This document shows positions 8,959-19,924 of a stretch of 34,922 nucleotides of DNA, piece after piece. Source of the DNA: Prasinococcaceae sp. CCMP 1430 (taxonomy: Eukaryota; Plantae; Prasinodermophyta); NCBI GenBank assembly GCA_013416795.1, contig RQSC01000020.1, positions 533,763 through 568,684 on the forward strand, written 5' to 3'. The notes beneath the pieces were generated by a model. It was not told the DNA's origin. It searched no databases and worked only from the letters and a program-made list of their open reading frames with translations. Every line of letters begins with the position of its first letter. Position 1 is the stretch's first letter. The translations under genes were made by a program, and so were the position numbers.

Positions 8959-11085
8959 GGCATCTGCGCGCGCGCCGCCTGGGCGGCTGCCTGTTGCGCA
9001 CCCCACATTGAGTACTGCTGCTGCTGCGCCTGGTTCATGCCCATTCCAGGCGGAGCCATCGGCTGCATGTAGCCTGCCTGCATGTACTGCCCCTGCTGCC
9101 CGAACCCCATCGCCTGCATCTTCTGCATGGCGTCGGCCATTGACGCGCTCTGTCCGCCGCTTCCCGCGTCGGGCATGCCATACTGGCCGTAGGGCATGCG
9201 GCCTTCCGCGTACTGCGCGGCCGGCCCGCCCGCTGCAGCATACGCCGAGGGGGTACCCGAGTGGGCGCCCGCCTGGGCGTGCTGCTGCAGCATCGCCTGC
9301 TGCTGGAACTGCTGCTGCAGGACCGCCTGCTGCTGCATCTGCTGCTGCCTTGCCTGTTGCTGCATGTGCTGCTGGATCGCCGCCTGTTGCTGCTGCATTT
9401 GGTACATTTGCGGCGCCATATCGGGCTGCTGGCCGGTGCTGCCGTTTGCTGCGCCGATCCACGCGCCGGCGGCCCGCGAGGCGTCAGCAGCGCTCGCTGG
9501 CGCGCCGTTTCCGACGGGAAGCGCAGCGGTTGGCGCGTTGCCGGCAGCGGCCTTGCCAGCTGTCCCTTGAGCGTTTCCGGCGATTGCGGGCTGCTGCGGT
9601 GGGAACCCACCCTTAGCAGCAGCAGGATTTGGCCCGGGCGGCAGCGGCGCCTGCGGGGTAAACTGCGCACCGCCCTGCGGCGCGTACCCAGGCGGACGGG
9701 CGGGCTGTGCCGCGGGCTGCGCTGCGACTGGCTGCGCTTGTGCGGGCATTGGCACGGACGCGGGCACAGCCGCGGGCGGCGCGGTGGTTGGAGCGGCAGC
9801 GGCGGTCGGCATCGGTGCGGGCGCAGATCACCGTCGGCACGCCGGCGACGTCCGCCGCAAGCCGCGCCGCATCGAGGTTGCGGATATGCGCCTGGGTGGG
9901 GATCAGCACCTTGCCGCCGAGATGGCCGCACTTCTTCTCCGAGGCGAGCTGGTCCTCGTAATGCACGCCCGCGGCGCCGGCGGCGCCTCCGCGGGCGACC
10001 CCGTGAGCGTGGGCGAGGACGCGGTGGAGATGCTCCTCGCCGAGCGCAAGCGCATGGCGGCGCTCGACGCGGAGCAGCGGAGGGGCGCGGCCGGCGCGGA
10101 CTTCCCGCAGGTGCGCTTCAGCTCGGGCGCGCTGGAGCTCACGCTGTGCTCCCACCCGACGGGCTTCGACGCCAGCGAGGGGTGGGACGAGTACGGCCGC
10201 GTGGACAACCTGCCGAAGCGCCCCGTCGCCAAGGCGGCGCCGTCGGGGAGCGTGGCCGCGGCGATCGCCGAGGCGCCGGGGGCGGGCGCGGCCGGCCGCG
10301 GCGAGGGCGAGGGGGCTCGCGGCGGCCGCGAAGTTCGCCGGCGGTGCAGCCGCGGCCGCCGCGAAGTTCGCCGGCGGCGGCGACTTGGGCACAGGCGGCG
10401 GCGGCGCCGACGGCGCACTTGCCTGCTGCTGCGATTGCTGCGACTGCTGCTGCGACTGCTGCGACTGCTGCTGTGCCTGCTGCGACGAGCCCGACCCCGA
10501 ACCCGTGGGCGTGCATGTGGGCACGCTGCTTGCTGCGAGCGTCACATCGTGCGAAAAGCGGCAGGCCGCACCCCGCTGGCACCGGCCCTTCGTGAAGTCG
10601 AAGCATATCCCCGAGCTCTTGGAGGCATTGGCCTGTGCCTGCGCGCTGAGGTCGTGGCTGAACCTGCACGCCGCGCCGCGCTGGCACTTGCCGTTGATGA
10701 AATCGAAGCAGATGCCGTTGCTCTTGGGCGCCTCCTTGAGCAGCGTGAGATCGTGCGAGAACCGGCACTGCGCCCCGCGCGCGCACTGGCCGCGCGTGAA
10801 GTCGAAACAGATGCCGCCCTTGTCTGCCGCCGCCGCCGCTGATATCGCCGACGGGTCATGGCTGAAGCGGCATGTCGCTCCCCGCGTGCACCTGCCCTTT
10901 GTGAAATCGAAGCAGATGCCGTTCTCGTTGTGCCCAGGGACAATGATGGCCTGCCCCTGCCCCTGCTGCGCCACACCGGCCTTCGCCTTCCCAGTGCCGG
11001 CCTTGCCCGCGTCCTTTTTGGCCGCGTCGGCTTTCTTGGCCGCGTCCTTAGCCGCGGCGCCCCCCTTGCCGCGCCCCCCCGCCAT
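8286..11085 (-). CDS. 4x CCCH zinc finger protein with Q/G/P-rich and GLFG-like C-terminus; interrupted at about 9813-10320 by foreign sequence
   Basis: ATG 11085; four GICFDF.KG.C.RGA.CRFSHD repeats; the Q-rich ORF 9812-8286 has matching composition but lies in another frame; possible extra 3' exon(s) (GTAAGC at 8289, TGTAA at 7810-7814). Confidence 0.75.
8486..8688. repeat. Direct duplication with 108-bp period encoding [31 protein letters not shown] twice
   Basis: Identical blocks beginning CCGCACCGCCTGGGCCAACGAG at 8486 and 8594. Confidence 0.9.
9805..9981 (-). pseudogene. aceA: Isocitrate lyase (AceA) active-site fragment, bacterial type, about 58 codons
   Basis: [58 protein letters not shown] contains the ICL signature KKCGH and ARTDA; no other part of ICL is present. 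Confidence 0.88.
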
Positions 11086-11168
11086 TTGGTACAGCCGCTG
11101 CGGCCGAGGCCGAAGCGAAGCAAGGACCCAGCCAGCCCCCGGCCTCCCCGCCCCCCTCCCCCCCCCCC

Positions 11169-12154
11169 NNNNNNNNNNNNNNNNNNNNNNNNNNNNNNNN
11201 NNNNNNNNNNNNNNNNNNNNNNNNNNNNNNNNNNNNNNNNNNNNNNNNNNNNNNNNNNNNNNNNNNNNNNNNNNNNNNNNNNNNNNNNNNNNNNNNNNNN
11301 NNNNNNNNNNNNNNNNNNNNNNNNNNNNNNNNNNNNNNNNNNNNNNNNNNNNNNNNNNNNNNNNNNNNNNNNNNNNNNNNNNNNNNNNNNNNNNNNNNNN
11401 NNNNNNNNNNNNNNNNNNNNNNNNNNNNNNNNNNNNNNNNNNNNNNNNNNNNNNNNNNNNNNNNNNNNNNNNNNNNNNNNNNNNNNNNNNNNNNNNNNNN
11501 NNNNNNNNNNNNNNNNNNNNNNNNNNNNNNNNNNNNNNNNNNNNNNNNNNNNNNNNNNNNNNNNNNNNNNNNNNNNNNNNNNNNNNNNNNNNNNNNNNNN
11601 NNNNNNNNNNNNNNNNNNNNNNNNNNNNNNNNNNNNNNNNNNNNNNNNNNNNNNNNNNNNNNNNNNNNNNNNNNNNNNNNNNNNNNNNNNNNNNNNNNNN
11701 NNNNNNNNNNNNNNNNNNNNNNNNNNNNNNNNNNNNNNNNNNNNNNNNNNNNNNNNNNNNNNNNNNNNNNNNNNNNNNNNNNNNNNNNNNNNNNNNNNNN
11801 NNNNNNNNNNNNNNNNNNNNNNNNNNNNNNNNNNNNNNNNNNNNNNNNNNNNNNNNNNNNNNNNNNNNNNNNNNNNNNNNNNNNNNNNNNNNNNNNNNNN
11901 NNNNNNNNNNNNNNNNNNNNNNNNNNNNNNNNNNNNNNNNNNNNNNNNNNNNNNNNNNNNNNNNNNNNNNNNNNNNNNNNNNNNNNNNNNNNNNNNNNNN
12001 NNNNNNNNNNNNNNNNNNNNNNNNNNNNNNNNNNNNNNNNNNNNNNNNNNNNNNNNNNNNNNNNNNNNNNNNNNNNNNNNNNNNNNNNNNNNNNNNNNNN
12101 NNNNNNNNNNNNNNNNNNNNNNNNNNNNNNNNNNNNNNNNNNNNNNNNNNNNNN
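11169..12154. other. Assembly gap (N run)
   Basis: N run in sequence, preceded by poly-C. Confidence 1.
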
Positions 12155-12927
12155 GCGCTCCTCGGAGCGGCGCGGGCCGCGCCCCCGCGGCCCGCCAGGC
12201 GATCGCCTCGCGCGCGCAAGAAAAAAAAAAAAAAACAGCTGCTACGGTCATGATCAGTTCGCCCCCGCGTCGATCGGTCGAGGTTTCGGTTTCGGTTCAA
12301 ACGGTCCGGTTCAAACCTGTCGCGCACACCGCTGTTTGTCCCACACCCACCACGGGTGCGCGCCGCTGAAAACCAGGTCAGCATCCCTCAGCTCGGGTCT
12401 AAACGCTCCTGGCGAGACCGGGTCAGGGCGCCTCCCCCCGAACGGGCGGATCGGCTGGCGCGTTTGACCAGCACCTCTTCGCCTGGGGCGTCTGACACGT
12501 CTCGTTCGCAAGACTCGCGTGCGATGCAATGCATTGAAACGAGGGCTCGGCAGTTTGAGTTTGAGTTTGAGTTTTTGTGAGTTTTTTTGGTTGATTTTCA
12601 TTTTGATTCGGTTTCGGAGCAGGACAGGAAACGACCCCGCGACTCACCCGTCGCGATCGATCGCCGTCCCCGTCTCTTTTTTTTTTTTTGGACCTCGACC
12701 CCGATTCGGATCCGTCTGACCGGGGCTCCGCGCGGGGGTCAGCCGAGCCGGCGCGCGTCGTCCGGCCCCGTCCCCGCCTCCCCGTCGAATCGCGGGCGAG
12801 GAGCCCATTCCGTGAGACTTCTCCGCGAAACAGAGTATTTTGATGTGATAGAGGAGAGTTTGAGAACGGGCAAATTCCCCGACGCTTTCGGCGCGCGGCG
12901 CCGCGGCGCCGCGCGGCGCGGCGCGGC

Positions 12928-12979
12928 GTGCGCGTGCGTGCGCGTGCGCGTGCGCGTGCGCGTGCGCGTGCGCGTGCGC
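12928..12979. repeat. (GTGCGC)n alternating purine-pyrimidine microsatellite, probably in a 5'-UTR intron of PACRG
   Basis: About 8 copies, followed by an acceptor-like CCGCCAG just before ATG 13030. Confidence 0.75.
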
Positions 12980-13029
12980 CGCGGCCACACCCCGCGCGCC
13001 GCGACGCCTCGTCCGCCAGGACAGCAGCC

Positions 13030-15099
13030 ATGACGGAGCGAGAGGGCGGCATCGCCTCGCAGCTCTTCACCAACGAGCACCGCGAGCTGAAGATCAGGTG
13101 CGTCGGGCCGAGCGCAGCAGGAGGGCGAGGCGAGCGCGAGCGCGCGTGTGCGCGGGCGGGTGCGCGGGCGAGCGTACACGAGCGCCCCCGGCGCGTGATG
13201 GGAGCGCGCGAGCATGCGGACGCGGCCGGGAGGCGAGGGGTGGGGATGGGGCGCCACGGAGGCTAGAATCCCGCTCGTGGCCCGTGGGAGCGCACGTGTC
13301 CGTGAGCGCGCCTGCTGTCCGCGCACGGGCGCGCGCGCATGCCCTGTGCGCGGGGCCGCGCCTCTGCAGAGGCGCTGACTGCCGGCCGCGCCGGCGCTCC
13401 CTGTGCGAGCGCCCTTGCAGGAAGAAGTCGGTGCAGCACACCAAGTCGCGCACAACAGGCTCGTGCTTCGACACGACCATGCCCAGCCCAGAGATCGCCG
13501 GCGCCCACAAGCCGGTACGTGCGCGACCATGAGCGCGCGTCTGCGCGTCCCCCTCCCCCCCCGGGGGGGTGGGGTGGGGGGAGGGGGGAGGCTGCGCGCG
13601 CGTGCGCTGCCAGCGAGCGCAGAGGCGCAAACGCGTGCTCGCGCAGCGCCTCGGGCCACGCAAGCGCGCACCAGCGCACCAGCGCTCCCTGTCGAGCGCG
13701 AGCGAAGAGCGCGCACGCGTGGGCGCGGGAACGCAGCGAGCGAGCGAGCGCGTGAGCGCGTGCGCATGCACAGGCACACGGGCCGCCGGCGGCGCGAAAA
13801 AATGGTTGGAATTCCCCCCCATCCGGGCAAAAAAAAAAAAAAAAACAGGAGCCGGCCGAAACGGGCCGCGCGCGCGCGTGGGCGCTGGGGGTGCGCGCGC
13901 GCCTCCTAGCGGGGTCGGGCTCCCACCGCCGGGTGCTCGTCCCCCAGAATTGCCTACCGCTTGCCAGAGAGCATGGCGGGAAAGGCTGGGAGGGGCGTCT
14001 GGGCGACGAGGAACCCCTCTTCCCTCCCCCCCTCCCCGTTCCCCGCGCGCGCGCAACCAAAGCGTTGCAGAAGTTTCCCACTTCCCCGGAGACGAAAAGA
14101 AATACCCAGCGAAATCAGGCCGCAGGGGGCCTTCCAGGCGCGCGGCACCGCACGGCGCACAGCCCTTGGCCGCCGCGACCGGCCCTGCCCTTTGCGAGTT
14201 CGCGCCCCGTGCTCGGAGAGGGCTGGCGGTTGCGCGCGCGCGCGCGCGGCTCCGTCACCTCGCACCGACTGCCACGCACGGCTCCGGCGCTGACGCCCAC
14301 GCCGACGCTTGCGCACGCTCGCCCCGACACACCGCAGCTCGACTATGAGGTGCCGCACTACGGCGTGGATGGCACGCTGCGCTGGAAGACGCAGAAGCCC
14401 GACCCGAAGCGCTTCCTCAAGCGCGGTGACGGCGAGCGCATCAAGGCGGGCGAGTTCAAGCCGGAGCCGAAGCCCCTTGCGCCGCCCAAGGCGGGCGCGT
14501 TCGACGTGCGTTCCAACCCGGCCAACACGCAGTTCAGAAGGTACTACGAGCGCGGCGACCTGCCCATCTCGGTTGACCACAAGGCGTCGAAGAACGGCAT
14601 CAAGTGGAAGGCGGACGTGGCGAAGCTTGACTACCACTACTACCTCCCCATCTTTTTCGATGGCATCCGCGAGAAGGACGAGCCCTACCGCTTCCTGGCC
14701 ATCCAGGGCTGCGAGGACATGCTCGCAGCGGGCGGCCCGAAGATTCTGCCCGTGATCCCGCAGATCATCATCCCCATCAAGACGGCGCTCAACACGCGCG
14801 ACCACTCGGTGATCTGCATCACGCTGCAGCTGCTTCAGAAACTCGTGAAGAGCGCGGACCTCATCGGCGAGGCGCTCGTGCCCTACTACCGCCAGATCCT
14901 GCCCGTGCTCAACATCTTCAAGAACAACAACATCAACTCGGGCGATCTCATCGACTACGCGCAGTACACCAACTCGTGCCTCGGTGAGCTCATCCACCAG
15001 ACCCTCGAGCTGTTCGAGACGCACGGTGGTGAGGACGCCTTCATCAACATCAAGTACATGGTCCCGACCTACGAGTCGAGCACCATTGGCGCCGCGTAA
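13030..15099 (+). CDS. PACRG: Parkin co-regulated gene protein (axonemal inner junction); exons 13030-13097, 13421-13514, 14338-15099
   Basis: [79 protein letters not shown]; spliced N-terminus GSCFDTT..SP..AGAHK.LD resembles Chlamydomonas PACRG as recalled; phases 2 and 0 are consistent. Confidence 0.96.
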
Positions 15100-15179
15100 A
15101 GCGTGGCGAACGCGCATGGGCGGTCGCGGGCTACCGGTTGGTAGATCCTCTCCCCCGCGCCTCTTCCCTCGCTCCCCAT

Positions 15180-15184
15180 TGTAA
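15180..15184 (+). promoter_or_regulatory. TGTAA green-algal polyadenylation signal (others: + 33615-33619; - 7810-7814, 27377-27381, 31195-31199)
   Basis: Each lies on the proper strand downstream of a stop codon; UGUAA is the known chlorophyte poly(A) signal. Confidence 0.65.
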
Positions 15185-15543
15185 CATTACCTTGGCCACA
15201 GGGCCTTCCTGTCCCTCCTTCCCCTAGCTCGCGGGCTCTCTCGCGCGCACGTGCGGATGGCAGTGCGCGCTGTGCCGTGAGCATGGATGCCGTGCAGGAT
15301 TGCGGGGACGGAGTGTGGGAGCGGGCGGGGCGGAAGACGTGCCGTACGGGGGTTGCGTGAAGGCATCGCGCCGCTGGGGCATGCGCGCGCGAACTCGCGG
15401 TGGCGTGGGCGCGCGGGGTGGCGCGTCTGCAGTGCCTGCAGGGCGCGGCGGCAGCGGTGCTACCGGTGACCTCAGAAAATTAGAGTTGCTGGCCCTTCCC
15501 CTGGCGTGGTGGGCGCGCGCGCGGGTTGGTCCGCCTACCTGTC

Positions 15544-16592
15544 TCACGCCGAGATGGTGGCGAACTCAGCCTCCACGCTCGTGCTATCGAGCGCGCTGAC
15601 GGTCTTGTTGACGAGCGCGTCGCTCCACAGGCACTTGGCCACCAGGTCGCCCACATCCTCGCGCGTGATGCTGCCGCAGACGGTGGTATCCTCGGTCAGG
15701 ACGGCGGTGCCGGTCTTCGGCTCGGACTGCGCGGGGCGGCCGCGAAGGTGGGCGCACGTGGGCGCGTGGGCGAGGGCGAGCGCGATGCGAGCACGTGCGC
15801 ACGAGCACAACTTGAGTCAGCGTCGGAGCGCACGACGCCAGCGCGCCGCCACATCTCCGCGTGAGCGCACTCGAGAAGCACGTCAGGCTCGCGGTGCAGT
15901 GCGCGCGGCAGCCACGCACCTTGAGCCCGCCCGGGCGCACGATCACATACTCCATGCCGCTCGCCTTGAGCGCCTCCTCGGCCTTCTCCTTCTCGACGAG
16001 CACCGGCTCGAGCGTCTCGTACACCGGCGCCGGGGGTGCGTCCTGCGCGCGCGCGCGCGCAGCGAGGAGGGTGAGGTGGTGGGGGCGGAGGGGGGGATGC
16101 GTCAGGACATTCTCCTAGCGCCGCACTTGAGAGAGGCACAGGCAGGCCTGCGCAGGGCGCACGCGTGCGCATCCTTCTCCGCCCGCTCAACCCGACGCAC
16201 CTTGGAGTCGCCGGTGCCGATCGAAGTCACCAGCACGAAGCGCGCAACGCCCGCGGCCTTGGCGGCGTTAATGATGTTGATGTTGCCCTCCGAGTCGGCC
16301 TTGGGGTCGGCGGTGGTGCCGCCGATGGTGGACACCACGACGTTAAGGTCGTCGATGGAGGCCATGAGCTTCTCGACGCTCTCCTTGTCGAGCGCGTCGC
16401 CCTTGGCGGTGATGCCACCTTTCTTCTCGACCTCGCTCTTGAAGCTGTCGCTGCGGCACATGGCAGTCACCCACGCGCCGTCGGCGAGCAGCCTCTTGGC
16501 GACCTCGAGCCCGCACCCCGCGCCGCCGCACACGAGCACGCTGCAGTTGTCGGGGTCGAGCGCGCCGCAGCGCGCCGCAGCGCGCGCCGGCC
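15544..16592 (-). CDS. Atypical SDR / NAD(P)H-binding Rossmann-fold protein (NAD_binding_10-like), 5' end in gap; exons gap-16201, 16042-15920, 15726-15544
   Basis: VLVCGGAGCGLEV, GDALD, GNINIINAAKAAGVARFVLVTSIG, K.KAEEALKASGMEYVIVRPGGL, GSITREDV; phase-0 introns 16200-16043 and 15919-15727. Confidence 0.9.
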
Positions 16593-17556
16593 NNNNNNNN
16601 NNNNNNNNNNNNNNNNNNNNNNNNNNNNNNNNNNNNNNNNNNNNNNNNNNNNNNNNNNNNNNNNNNNNNNNNNNNNNNNNNNNNNNNNNNNNNNNNNNNN
16701 NNNNNNNNNNNNNNNNNNNNNNNNNNNNNNNNNNNNNNNNNNNNNNNNNNNNNNNNNNNNNNNNNNNNNNNNNNNNNNNNNNNNNNNNNNNNNNNNNNNN
16801 NNNNNNNNNNNNNNNNNNNNNNNNNNNNNNNNNNNNNNNNNNNNNNNNNNNNNNNNNNNNNNNNNNNNNNNNNNNNNNNNNNNNNNNNNNNNNNNNNNNN
16901 NNNNNNNNNNNNNNNNNNNNNNNNNNNNNNNNNNNNNNNNNNNNNNNNNNNNNNNNNNNNNNNNNNNNNNNNNNNNNNNNNNNNNNNNNNNNNNNNNNNN
17001 NNNNNNNNNNNNNNNNNNNNNNNNNNNNNNNNNNNNNNNNNNNNNNNNNNNNNNNNNNNNNNNNNNNNNNNNNNNNNNNNNNNNNNNNNNNNNNNNNNNN
17101 NNNNNNNNNNNNNNNNNNNNNNNNNNNNNNNNNNNNNNNNNNNNNNNNNNNNNNNNNNNNNNNNNNNNNNNNNNNNNNNNNNNNNNNNNNNNNNNNNNNN
17201 NNNNNNNNNNNNNNNNNNNNNNNNNNNNNNNNNNNNNNNNNNNNNNNNNNNNNNNNNNNNNNNNNNNNNNNNNNNNNNNNNNNNNNNNNNNNNNNNNNNN
17301 NNNNNNNNNNNNNNNNNNNNNNNNNNNNNNNNNNNNNNNNNNNNNNNNNNNNNNNNNNNNNNNNNNNNNNNNNNNNNNNNNNNNNNNNNNNNNNNNNNNN
17401 NNNNNNNNNNNNNNNNNNNNNNNNNNNNNNNNNNNNNNNNNNNNNNNNNNNNNNNNNNNNNNNNNNNNNNNNNNNNNNNNNNNNNNNNNNNNNNNNNNNN
17501 NNNNNNNNNNNNNNNNNNNNNNNNNNNNNNNNNNNNNNNNNNNNNNNNNNNNNNNN
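16593..17556. other. Assembly gap (N run)
   Basis: N run in sequence. Confidence 1.
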
Positions 17557-17614
17557 GGCCGTCCGCCCTCGCGGCGCAGCGCTCGCTCCGCGCCGCCGCG
17601 GGGCCGCGCCCGCG

Positions 17615-18233
17615 ATGGAGGCGTTCGCGACGCCGTACCCGCTCGTCTTCCAGGATGAGGCGGGCGTGGATCGCGACGCGGGCGCGATCGGCGTCCACTC
17701 CATCCTCACCTTCGCGCGATTCGCCGCCGCCGTCGCGCAGCGCGTGCGCGCGCCCGCCGACAAGCTCACCGTCGTGCTGATGTGCAAGAAGCCGCGGCGC
17801 GACGGGGGTGGTGACGAGGCGGGCAGCAAGCAAAAGCAGCAGAAGGTGCCCATCTCCGAGTCGACCAACTTCGCGCTCATCCTCAACCAGCACTCGCCCG
17901 CACGTGAGCGCGGCGTGCACTTCCTCGCCACGCTCAAGCGCTCCAAGCGCGAGCGCCGCAACAATAACAACCGCGCGCAAACAGCGAGTGGGACAGCCGG
18001 CGGCGGTGAGGACGACGAGCCCGCTGCCATCGGCTCGCACCTGCCGCCGCTGGCGGCGCCGCCGGGAGAGAAGGCGACCTCCGCGTCGAGCTCAAACGCC
18101 GCGATGGCCGCCTCCGCGCAGGCTGCAAGGGAGATGCTCAAGGGAGCCGCGCCTATCAAGGCCGCGCCCGCCGCCGTCACCGGCGCGCCCTCGGCGCCTC
18201 CCTCCGCCGGCGCAGCGACGCCTCAGGGCGCGA

Positions 18234-18272
<39 letters not shown>

Positions 18273-18509
18273 TGCGTGTGTGTGCATGTGTATCTGTGTG
18301 TATGCGTGTGCGTGTGTGCGTATGCATGTGCATGCACGTGTGTGTGTGTGAGTGTGTCTGCCGCGCACGCTGACGCGCACTCGCACGCACGTGCAGCAGC
18401 AGCAGCAGGCCAAGCAGGCGCAGCAACGAGCCTCTGCCGCCGGCGGGCCCTCGCCGGCGCCCGCGCCGCCAACCTCTGCAGCCTCCCCGTCGCCGGCTGC
18501 GTGGGGGGC

Positions 18510-18581
<72 letters not shown>

Positions 18582-18653
18582 CACCCCGCCGTCGCCGNGG
18601 CGGCTCGTCAGCCCAGCCAGCCGGCGGCGCCCGTCGAGGTCGGCGCGCTCTGA
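17615..18653 (+). CDS. Plant-type uncharacterised protein (DUF7138-like N-terminal domain) with polyQ tracts; exons 17615-18271, 18397-about 18653, broken at N 18598
   Basis: YPLVFQD...G.IGVHS.LTF..F...VAQR, KVPISESTNF, HFLATLKRSKRERR resemble a land-plant family as recalled; phase-0 intron 18272-18396 with GCTGAC branch; 3' end uncertain. Confidence 0.65.
18511..18579 (+). repeat. (CAG)23 coding polyglutamine microsatellite
   Basis: Pure CAG run; a second run of about 12 ends at 18271. Confidence 0.95.
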
Positions 18654-19924
18654 GCACGCGCTGGGCTTGAAAACCCGTGTGCGCGGCACGCGAGCGCGCG
18701 CGCGCGCGCGCGCGCAATCACATCCAAAACGCACACACACTTACTTGGCCGACCACGCGGACGTGGCGGCGTCACGCGACAGATCGCAGTACGGTGACCG
18801 CGGTCGCTGCGGCCCTCACACCGCGCGCCAGCGAACTCGAAGCTGCGCGCGCCTCTGCGTACACACTACGGCGATTGGCGCGGTCGCGCACCAAACCTCG
18901 CTCAAGGTGCCGCGCGTGTGTACGCCCGTCCGACCCTGGCTCTTTGTGCTGTCTGGCGCAGCCAGCGACATAAGACGCGACGCTCCTTCGAACGGCCCAG
19001 GGGCGCAGGTGTTCTCTCTCTCGCGCGCGCGAGCGCGCGCACGGCCGCCGCCAGCGTCTGCCGAGTGTGCCTAGAGTAACAAAGACGAGATCGCCACCTC
19101 ACTCCCGTGGCGCCCAAACTCCATCGCGAAGACGACGCCCCTCGGCCTCCTACCGTCGTGGCGGTCCAGCACCTGCCGCTGCACGGTGATGAGCAGGTTG
19201 GTGGTCCCGTTGCTGTTGAGCCGCCCGGAGGAGGAACCGCGTGTCCACGCGTACTCGACGCCCTCGTGCGCGGGGCGCTCGCGCTGAGGCTTGCTGGCAT
19301 CGAACGCGCGCGCGAGCGGGGGCCGGGGAACGCGAACGCCGCTGTTTCGGACCCTGCTAGTGCAAGTCCCTAACCACGACCACGCGATACCCCTAACCCC
19401 TCGCCCCTCGCCGATGGTCGCCCCTTCACCCACGGGATACTCGATCACCATTCATTTTCCCATCACAGCGAGATTTGGTTGTGGTGTCGGTTCCATCCCA
19501 ATGCATTTTGATACGACGCCCCCCTTTTCCCAGTGTGTTTCCGTGTGTCCGCGTCCCGTCGGCGTCGATCCGCCCGTTGGGTGGTTGTTTTTGGCTCTCC
19601 TTTGTTAGTGGTCGGTTTTCAACGGGCCGCAGACTTGACCTTTTTAAAGGCTTTTTTGGAGTTTTGGAACGTTTTGCGCGCCTTTCGAAGGGTTTCGATG
19701 CGATGCGATTTGACCTGGGATCGCGGAAACAGGGCCGCTCCGGTTCCCCAAGCGCGCGCACTCGCGCGCGCCGCCCCCCCACCACCTCCCGCGGTCGCCG
19801 CAGCTGCGGGGGCGGCACACGGCGCGGGAGGTGCGCGGGAGGTGCGCGCCTGAGCGCTCCCTCCTCCTCACCCCCTCTCCCCCCCCCCCTGAGTACGTTC
19901 CTAGGGCTCGTGCCCCGGGGTGCC

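Noticed and set aside
9805-9981. Functional isocitrate lyase gene or ICL-zinc finger fusion enzyme
   Set aside because: Only about 58 codons of a protein of over 400 aa, and no splice sites linking to other ICL exons
12155-14337. tRNA, snoRNA or rRNA genes in the AT-richer non-coding stretches
   Set aside because: No cloverleaf, paired C/D boxes or rRNA similarity recognisable by eye; a covariance search is needed
1200-18373. Very long ORFs spanning the N gaps (e.g. 1320-3674, 9613-12384, 15506-18373)
   Set aside because: Artefacts of translating Ns; they join unrelated genes
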